Positions 1 through 5,103 of a DNA stretch of 10,118 bases are shown one piece after another; the first letter of the stretch is position 1; every line of letters starts with the position of its first letter. Below the pieces are notes generated by a model. That model saw only the letters and a list, made by a program, of their open reading frames with translations, did not search any database and was not told the origin of the DNA. The stretch is taken from NCBI GenBank assembly GCA_044359535.1, contig JBIKLZ010000035.1:1-10118 (forward strand), written 5' to 3'. The translations under genes were made by a program, and so were the position numbers. Source of the stretch: Chlamydiia bacterium. GTDB lineage: Bacteria > Chlamydiota > Chlamydiia > Chlamydiales > 2-12-FULL-49-11.

Positions 1-427
1 ACTTGAAGGAGAGGATAACGTTTATCTTGATTATTGCAGTTCTAAAAAGTTTATTGATACAACCGATCCGGCTAACAGCCTTCATTGGAAGGAGGGAATA
101 GCCCATAAATACGAAGGCCTCCTACTTGCTTATACAAAACCTGAAAATAAACCTATTCTTCCTCCAGCAATCAGTGGTGTATCGGAAAACTCAATTTGGT
201 GTTCCCCTATAGGAGAAGGAAATATCGTTGTTCTAAATAATCAAACTGCCTATCACGCATTACCAAGCTATAATGTTGTAGAAGTGGCTTATGGAAAAGG
301 ATCTGGAGATATTTTTTTTGATCCTACAGATACCTCAAAGCTCAATACAGCGACTAAAGCCTCTCCTCTGTTTCGTATTGCTTGCGTAACCTTCTTTAAA
401 AAGGAAGAAGACACTTCTTCCTTTTAA
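1..427 (+). CDS. 3' part of a hypothetical protein (141 codons visible, 5' end outside window); possible 2OG-Fe(II) oxygenase/DSBH fold
   Basis: Not in the ORF track because it has no start in the window. Frame 2 is open from nt 2 to TAA at 425-427: LEGEDNVYLDY...CSPIGEGNIVVLNNQTAYHALPSY...SPLFRIACVTFFKKEEDTSSF*. The product guess rests only on the GxxvvlnNxxxxH...R-hydrophobic strand pattern. Confidence 0.75.
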   Translation, partial: LEGEDNVYLDYCSSKKFIDTTDPANSLHWKEGIAHKYEGLLLAYTKPENKPILPPAISGVSENSIWCSPIGEGNIVVLNNQTAYHALPSYNVVEVAYGKGSGDIFFDPTDTSKLNTATKASPLFRIACVTFFKKEEDTSSF

Positions 428-460
428 GAAATCATTCATTTTTTATTTGAATTTTTGAAT

Positions 461-490
461 TTGAACTAAAATCCCCCCCTATGATAGAAT
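461..490 (+). promoter_or_regulatory. Putative sigma66/sigma70-type promoter of rpsU-dnaJ
   Basis: TTGAAC (461-466), an 18-bp spacer containing a C7 tract, then TGn-TAGAAT (485-490). AT-rich upstream sequence; AAAGGAAG SD-like motif before ATG 528. Confidence 0.5.
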
Positions 491-527
491 CTTAAGGACA
501 ACTTATGAACAAAGGAAGCAAATCGAC

Positions 528-716
528 ATGATCACAATTAAAGTTCGCATTGGCGAAACACTAGAAAAGGCTCTAAGAGCTCTTAAAAAGAAACTGGATA
601 AAGAAGGGGTAATGAAGTCTATCAAGGCTAAACGTTACTACGTAAAACCTTCTGTGAATGAAAAGTTAAAGCAAAAACAGGCTCTAAAATTCAAAAAAAA
701 GACAAGGATTAGTTAA
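528..716 (+). CDS. rpsU: 30S ribosomal protein bS21
   Basis: 62 aa, basic; IKVRIGETLEKALRALKKKLDKEG...RYYVKPS matches the S21 pattern. Lies directly upstream of dnaJ, as in Chlamydia. Confidence 0.95.
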   Translation: MITIKVRIGETLEKALRALKKKLDKEGVMKSIKAKRYYVKPSVNEKLKQKQALKFKKKTRIS

Positions 717-722
717 TCTATT

Positions 723-1877
723 ATGGCTGATTTCTATAATGTTTTAGGTGTATCAAAAGATGCCTCTCCAGAAGAGATCAAAAAAGCGTATCGAAAGCTT
801 GCGGTAAAGTATCACCCTGATAAAAACCCAAATGATACAGCGGCAATGGATCGATTCAAGAAAATTTCTGAAGCCTATGAAACATTATCGGATGAAAAGA
901 AGCGAAAAATCTATGATCAGTATGGAGAAGAAGGTTTAAAAGGGGGGATGGGCGGCATGGGTGGCCAAGGCTTTTCCTCTATGGAAGAGGCTCTTCGAAC
1001 CTTTATGGGTGCTTTTGGTGGAGGTGGGGGTCAAGGCTCAATGTTTGACAACATCTTCGGTTTTGAGCAACAAGGAGGAGGCGCTGGTGGCAACTATCCT
1101 ATGCAAGGGGCTTCAAAAAAGCTTCAGCTCACTATAGATTTTGAAGAAGCTGCAAATGGAGTGACTAAAGAGGCTGTCATTAATAGAAACGTCTCTTGCT
1201 CAAAATGCAGTGGCCGAGGAGCTGAAAGTCCCTCTGATATTAAAACTTGCTCCACTTGTAAAGGTTCTGGACAAGTGCAGCAAACAAGGGGCTTTTTCTC
1301 AATGTCAAGTGTGTGTCCTACCTGTCATGGTAGTGGCAGTATGATATCTAAACCCTGCAGTCAATGTCATGGAAATGGAAAAGAGAAAAAGAAAGAAGAA
1401 ATAAAAATTCAAGTCCCTGCTGGAATCGATTCTGGAATGCGCCTTAAAATGTCAGGATTTGGGGATGCAGGTGAAAACGGCGGTCCTGCTGGAGATCTTT
1501 ATGTCTACATCACTGTTAAAAATCATGATGTCTTTAAAAGAGATGGGGATGATGTCTATCTTGATCTTCCTATTACATTTACTGATGCCGCATTGGGCGC
1601 AAAAAAAGAGATTCCAACCCTTTTTAAAGAGGCCATTATCCTTTCTATACCTGAAGGCTCTCAGTCAGGCAAGATTCTACGGGTCAAGGGGAAGGGATTT
1701 AAAAATGTCCATGGCAATGGGGTAGGAGATCTGCTAGTTCGATTAAATATCGAAACACCTGTCAACTTAACCTCTAAGCAGAAAAAAACCTTTTTAGAAC
1801 TTGGTGAAAGCTTAAATACACAAAACTCCCCTACAACAAAGTCATTTTTTGAAAAGTTAAAGTCTTTTATTAAATAG
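723..1877 (+). CDS. dnaJ: Molecular chaperone DnaJ (class A)
   Basis: J-domain with HPD (KYHPDKNP), G/F-rich linker with the chlamydial-type [15 protein letters not shown] segment, four CxxCxGxG zinc motifs ([32 protein letters not shown]), and C-terminal GDLYV motifs. Confidence 0.98.
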   Translation: MADFYNVLGVSKDASPEEIKKAYRKLAVKYHPDKNPNDTAAMDRFKKISEAYETLSDEKKRKIYDQYGEEGLKGGMGGMGGQGFSSMEEALRTFMGAFGGGGGQGSMFDNIFGFEQQGGGAGGNYPMQGASKKLQLTIDFEEAANGVTKEAVINRNVSCSKCSGRGAESPSDIKTCSTCKGSGQVQQTRGFFSMSSVCPTCHGSGSMISKPCSQCHGNGKEKKKEEIKIQVPAGIDSGMRLKMSGFGDAGENGGPAGDLYVYITVKNHDVFKRDGDDVYLDLPITFTDAALGAKKEIPTLFKEAIILSIPEGSQSGKILRVKGKGFKNVHGNGVGDLLVRLNIETPVNLTSKQKKTFLELGESLNTQNSPTTKSFFEKLKSFIK

Positions 1878-2600
1878 ATGCTAAAAAGAATTCTTACTTT
1901 TGTCTGTTCTACCCTCCTTTTACACAGCGAGCCTTTACCCTCAAAAAAGGGTAAAGTGGTCCTTATTCATGGGATTGTTGTTCACAATTCGATGTCCTCT
2001 TTACATAGACACTTTAAAAGAGAGGGGTGGGAAGTGCTTGATTGGAGATATCCTAGCAGGGAAAAGTCTATAAGTGATCACGGAAAGGATCTTTCAGCAG
2101 CATTAAAAAATTTTAACAGGGATGAAAAGACCCCCATTCATTATATTGCTTTTTCTTTAGGCGGTCTTGTTCTAAGATCTGCACTTCAAGATGAAACGCT
2201 CCCCTCTTCAACAAAAAATGGAAAGATCGTCCTTGTATCTTCACCTATCAATGGATCAAAACTTGCTCGATCAATGGATTTTTTGCCCCTTGCAGAAAAG
2301 GTCTTAGGGAAACATGCAGGCAAGGAGCTCTTGAAGACCCCGAAAAAGATATTTTCAGAGCAACAGTTTCCTGAAAACATCCCTATTTTAGTCCTTTCCG
2401 GAACATTAGGGTTTAACCCTGTCTTTTCTGAACCCAATGATGGTAAGGTTTCCGTTTCTGAATCGTGCCCAAAAAATCCTCATATTCATAAATATATCTA
2501 TTCTGGGCATAGTTGGATTTGCAGAAATCCAAAAGTGTTTGATGAAGCCATTGAATTTTTTACACAAGGTTCATCTTTACCCCCCTGTACTATTCATTAA
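1878..2600 (+). CDS. Probably exported alpha/beta-hydrolase (lipase/esterase-like)
   Basis: N-terminal MLKR plus hydrophobic stretch; oxyanion motif VVLIHG; nucleophile elbow AFSLGG (Ser93); NDGKV (Asp188); GHSW (His211). ATG immediately follows the dnaJ TAG. Confidence 0.85.
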   Translation: MLKRILTFVCSTLLLHSEPLPSKKGKVVLIHGIVVHNSMSSLHRHFKREGWEVLDWRYPSREKSISDHGKDLSAALKNFNRDEKTPIHYIAFSLGGLVLRSALQDETLPSSTKNGKIVLVSSPINGSKLARSMDFLPLAEKVLGKHAGKELLKTPKKIFSEQQFPENIPILVLSGTLGFNPVFSEPNDGKVSVSESCPKNPHIHKYIYSGHSWICRNPKVFDEAIEFFTQGSSLPPCTIH

Positions 2601-2607
2601 AAAGTGA

Positions 2608-2636
2608 TTGCAATCCCTTAGGAAAAGGGCTACACT
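2608..2636 (+). promoter_or_regulatory. Putative sigma66 promoter of tspO
   Basis: TTGCAA (2608-2613), 17 bp, TACACT (2631-2636). The -35 box lies within the perfect palindrome GATTGCAATC (2606-2615). Confidence 0.6.
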
Positions 2637-2655
2637 TCCCATAAAAGGGGGTTGT

Positions 2656-3132
2656 ATGAAAAACAAATCTATTTTTAGCCTTATTCTATGGTACATTCCT
2701 GCACTGTTTGTTCAATATTTTGCAGCAACAGCAACAATGAAAAGTTTGGACCCTTGGTATACAGAGCTTGTAAAAGCCTCTTGGAATCCCCCACCTTGGG
2801 TCTTTGGCCCTGTTTGGACCCTTCTTTATCTGATGATGTCTTTGTCTGTGTGGACAATTTATCGAACCGACGCTCCTAGAAGAAAAAAGTGGGGGGCCTA
2901 CGCCCTTTATTTTGCTCAATTAGGGGTCAATGGTCTGTGGTCTTTTCTCTTCTTTAAATGGAAGCTATTGGGTGGATCAGCCGTTGAAATATTTTTAATA
3001 ATAGCTATTGTCCTTTGGATGACAGTCCACTACTTTAAAATCAATAAAACAGCTGGCTGGCTTTTAATCCCCTACCTAGGATGGTTGATTTACGCCTCTA
3101 CCTTAAATGTGGCTATCTGGGTCTTAAATTAA
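2656..3132 (+). CDS. tspO: TspO/MBR family tryptophan-rich sensory (translocator) protein, about 158 aa
   Basis: WYTELVKASWNPPPWVFGPVWTLLYLMM, QLGVNGLWSFLFF and LLIPYLGWLIYASTLN are TspO hallmark motifs, with five hydrophobic segments. Start moved to ATG 2656 (AAGGGGG SD at 2645-2651) because the TTG at 2608 coincides with the predicted -35 box. Confidence 0.93.
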   Translation: MKNKSIFSLILWYIPALFVQYFAATATMKSLDPWYTELVKASWNPPPWVFGPVWTLLYLMMSLSVWTIYRTDAPRRKKWGAYALYFAQLGVNGLWSFLFFKWKLLGGSAVEIFLIIAIVLWMTVHYFKINKTAGWLLIPYLGWLIYASTLNVAIWVLN

Positions 3133-3142
3133 ATTGATGCCT

Positions 3143-3183
3143 CTTAAAAAGGATGCTTTATCCTTAAAAAGGTTCACTTTATC
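3143..3183. repeat. Imperfect tandem 20/21-bp duplication containing a small hairpin, between convergent genes (possible weak terminator)
   Basis: cttaaaaaggatgctttatc (3143-3162) followed by cttaaaaaggttcactttatc (3163-3183). AAGGAT-gcttt-ATCCTT stem at 3149-3165, followed by a few U residues on the minus strand. Confidence 0.5.
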
Positions 3184-3225
3184 ATTAATTCATCCATTCT
3201 AAAACGAACTAAAAAAGAGGGTTTA

Positions 3226-3852
3226 TTATATGAGTTTTGCCCTAGAAAAGACCTTAAATTGAGCAGCATTTAAGTTTCCTTTAATGTATGGATCACTGTG
3301 ATAATCCATCAAGGCACGCTGCGCTAGAATATAGCCGCTATCGCCTTCAAATCCATATTTTTTAAACACTGACATGTAGACAGGAGCTAGTAAATCCAAA
3401 ACAAACTTTCTTTTTCCCATCATCGGAAGGGCTAAATACTGTGGATTTATCAATTTATCTACCTGCATTAAAAAGGAACTTGTTTGCATCGCCTCAGATA
3501 GATCTTGTGTGATTTGCTGTGCTTTTTCTAAGCTCAACTCTTTATATTCAGAAATGCCAAATGCGTTTTTAAGAAGAAAAGTCCACTTCTCTGCATTAAG
3601 CTCACCGAGTTTTGGATGGGATTTTGACATTTCAATCACATCCATATTGAATTTACTTAAGCCATCTTGATTGCCAGGGTACAAAAGGGTTCTAATTTCT
3701 GAAAACTGGACTGGAATAATCATTTCAATAAACTTTTGCCATCTTGATGCAAGGGAATCTTGAGAAGTTTTAAGTTGTTGAAGATCTTCTAATTTTTTTT
3801 CTAAAATTTCTCGGATGTTTTCTTGAGCCTTGATGAGTTCTTCTGCTTTCAT
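3226..3852 (-). CDS. Hypothetical all-alpha protein, apparently two tandem protein C10 (C12orf57/GRCC10)-like domains
   Basis: 208-aa ORF with AAGGAG SD (3861-3866) 8 nt before ATG and its own promoter. The two halves resemble each other, and the motifs LSxExA...A...YGFxxD-G...Y..DPxI match C10 as I remember it. Confidence 0.7.
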   Translation of the reverse strand: MKAEELIKAQENIREILEKKLEDLQQLKTSQDSLASRWQKFIEMIIPVQFSEIRTLLYPGNQDGLSKFNMDVIEMSKSHPKLGELNAEKWTFLLKNAFGISEYKELSLEKAQQITQDLSEAMQTSSFLMQVDKLINPQYLALPMMGKRKFVLDLLAPVYMSVFKKYGFEGDSGYILAQRALMDYHSDPYIKGNLNAAQFKVFSRAKLI

Positions 3853-3879
3853 TGTTCATTCTCCTTAATGTAAATTCGT

Positions 3880-3908
3880 ATAGTAGCACCCTTGCTCGCG
3901 AAAATCAA
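3880..3908 (-). promoter_or_regulatory. Putative sigma66 promoter (extended -10) of the C10-like gene
   Basis: Minus strand: TTGATT (3908-3903), 17 bp, TGC-TACTAT (-10 at 3885-3880). Confidence 0.65.
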
Positions 3909-3918
3909 TCTCTTTTTT

Positions 3919-3953
3919 ACTGAAACACACCCTTTAAAGAAATGTGTTTCAGT
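3919..3953. terminator. 11-bp perfect inverted repeat just downstream of the repeat-protein gene; possible terminator, RNA-stabilising hairpin or operator
   Basis: ACTGAAACACA (3919-3929) / TGTGTTTCAGT (3943-3953), 13-nt loop. No U-tract follows on the minus strand (an A-tract does), so it is not a canonical intrinsic terminator. Confidence 0.45.
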
Positions 3954-3968
3954 TTAAAACAAAAACCC

Positions 3969-4805
3969 CTACTTAGCTAAGTAACAATCTTTAAGAGAAG
4001 ATACTTCTTCTGCAGATAGATCCCCTGAGAAAAAGACCGCATCAGCATGTGAAAAAGTGTGGATCGATCCATCTGCAAGCTCTAGTGCCATACTATTTGC
4101 TTGTGTCCAGAAGAAAAAAGTTACAGCTTCATTTGCTACCGCCATTTCTTTTGCTTCTTCAAAACTGATCCCATGGCAAACCCCCACTAGATTTAAAGAT
4201 TCTACCCCAACATATTGAATTAGATCGGCAAACGCTTCGTCTGCTTGGTCTACTATTGGATAGGTAACCCCTTCACAAGGAAGACAGCACATAACACCTT
4301 CCCCCTCTAATGGTTTTTTATCCTTTGTCTCATCTTCTGGTTGTGGATCTATAGGTTGTGGATCAAAAGGTAGAGCACAGAAATACCCTTCTCCATCTGA
4401 AGGTTTTTTATCCTTTGTCTCATCTTCTGGTTGTGGATCTATAGGTTGTGGATCAAAAGGTAGAGCACAGAAATACCCTTCTCCATCTAGGGGTTTTTTA
4501 TCCTTTGTCTCATCTTCTGGTTGTGGCTCTTGAGGTTGCGGATCAAAAGGTAGAGCACAGAAATACCCTTCTCCATCTAGAGGTTTTTTATCCTCTGTTT
4601 CATCTTCTGGTTGTGGATCTATAGGTTGTGAATCTTTAGGTTGTGGATCAAAAGATAGAGCACAGAAGTACCCCTCACCTTCTAGAGGCTTTTTATCTGT
4701 TGGTTGTTCAATCGGTGGTTGTGGATCTAATTTTTCAATGCCTTGTAGTGACTTTGGACATAGTGTTGCTAACGCAAACAATGAACTTATTAAAACTTTT
4801 TTCAA
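3969..4805 (-). CDS. Probably exported acidic Pro-rich tandem-repeat protein with a small C-terminal globular domain
   Basis: TTG start with AAGGAG SD just upstream; Sec-type signal MKKVLISSLFALATLC; aa ~27-177 are ~30-aa repeats; aa ~190-278 are unique (ISFEEAKEMA...TFFFW...DAVFFSG). Confidence 0.88.
   Translation of the reverse strand: MKKVLISSLFALATLCPKSLQGIEKLDPQPPIEQPTDKKPLEGEGYFCALSFDPQPKDSQPIDPQPEDETEDKKPLDGEGYFCALPFDPQPQEPQPEDETKDKKPLDGEGYFCALPFDPQPIDPQPEDETKDKKPSDGEGYFCALPFDPQPIDPQPEDETKDKKPLEGEGVMCCLPCEGVTYPIVDQADEAFADLIQYVGVESLNLVGVCHGISFEEAKEMAVANEAVTFFFWTQANSMALELADGSIHTFSHADAVFFSGDLSAEEVSSLKDCYLAK
4275..4727 (-). repeat. Intragenic in-frame tandem repeat, 90-bp unit (30 aa), about 5 copies
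   Basis: Units 4312-4401, 4402-4491 and 4492-4581 (adjacent pairs 87/90 and 85/90 identical), 4582-4686 (105 bp, one extra 15-bp DPQPx subunit), plus degenerate flanking copies. Consensus DKKPLDGEGYFCALPFDPQPIDPQPEDETK. Confidence 0.97.
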
Positions 4806-4856
4806 AATAGCTGCTCCTTTTTAGTGTTTATGTATCTTCTTACACAGAAGAATGAT

Positions 4857-4885
4857 ACCATAGCATTCTAAGTAATAAGGGACAA
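4857..4885 (-). promoter_or_regulatory. Possible sigma66 promoter of the repeat-protein gene
   Basis: Minus strand: TTGTCC (4885-4880), 17 bp, TGC-TATGGT (4862-4857). Weaker match; alternative -10 boxes lie nearby. Confidence 0.35.
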
Positions 4886-4922
4886 CTACAACTTTAATTT
4901 GAAATATGAATTTTTTAAAAAA

Positions 4923-5006
4923 TGCCCAAAACAGGACTTGAACCTGCACGACCATACGGTCAAGGGATTTTAAGTCCCTTGTGTCTACCTATTCCACCAT
5001 CTGGGC
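4923..5006 (-). tRNA. tRNA-Leu (anticodon UAA), 84 nt, CCA not encoded
   Basis: Reverse complement GCCCAGATGGTGGAATAGGTAGACACAAGGGACTTAAAATCCCTTGACCGTATGGTCGTGCAGGTTCAAGTCCTGTTTTGGGCA: acceptor stem GCCCAGA/TTTGGGC, anticodon arm AGGGA-CTTAAAA-TCCCT (TAA at 4972-4970), long variable arm, GGTTCAAG T-loop, discriminator A. Confidence 0.97.
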
Positions 5007-5030
5007 ATAAGATTTAGATGAACTTGCGAT

Positions 5031-5059
5031 AGTATAGTATAGAGCACTCTATTTATCAA
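5031..5059 (-). promoter_or_regulatory. Putative sigma66 promoter of tRNA-Leu
   Basis: Minus strand: TTGATA (5059-5054), 17 bp, TATACT (5036-5031), about 25 nt upstream of the mature tRNA 5' end. Confidence 0.7.
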
Positions 5060-5103
5060 GGATCTTTTTTTTATTAATATCAAATGCTCTATAGATTCCC
5101 TTT

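Noticed and set aside
428-527. CIRCE/HrcA operator upstream of rpsU-dnaJ
   Set aside because: No TTAGCACTC-N9-GAGTGCTAA-like inverted repeat is present.
1459-1725. 88-aa alternative-frame ORF
   Set aside because: Lies wholly within dnaJ; no recognisable motifs.
2186-2437. 83-aa antisense ORF
   Set aside because: Shadow of the hydrolase gene.
2466-2474. TGCCCAAAA matching the tRNA-Leu 3' end (possible att duplication)
   Set aside because: Only 9 bp, inside an intact CDS, and no integrase present; plausible by chance.
2608-2655. 16-aa N-terminal extension of TspO from TTG 2608
   Set aside because: Overlaps the predicted promoter; the SD sits before ATG 2656, which gives a typical TspO length.
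2686-2919. 77-aa antisense ORF with CCCC and 63-aa alternative-frame ORF (2688-2879)
   Set aside because: Both lie within tspO; the Cys run is just the reverse complement of GCA/ACA (Ala/Thr) codons.
4275-4727. CRISPR array interpretation of the 90-bp repeats
   Set aside because: Units are contiguous, in frame (multiples of 3) inside an ORF with SD and signal peptide; there are no unique spacers and no cas genes.
3969-4805. Multi-core RiPP precursor cluster, or lipoprotein
   Set aside because: No modifying enzyme, peptidase or transporter nearby; Pro after KK disfavours dibasic cleavage; ATLC is not a canonical lipobox. Kept only as a minor alternative.
4920-4923. tRNA lacking encoded CCA as a sign of pseudogenisation
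   Set aside because: Many bacterial tRNA genes rely on the CCA-adding enzyme; the cloverleaf and promoter are intact.
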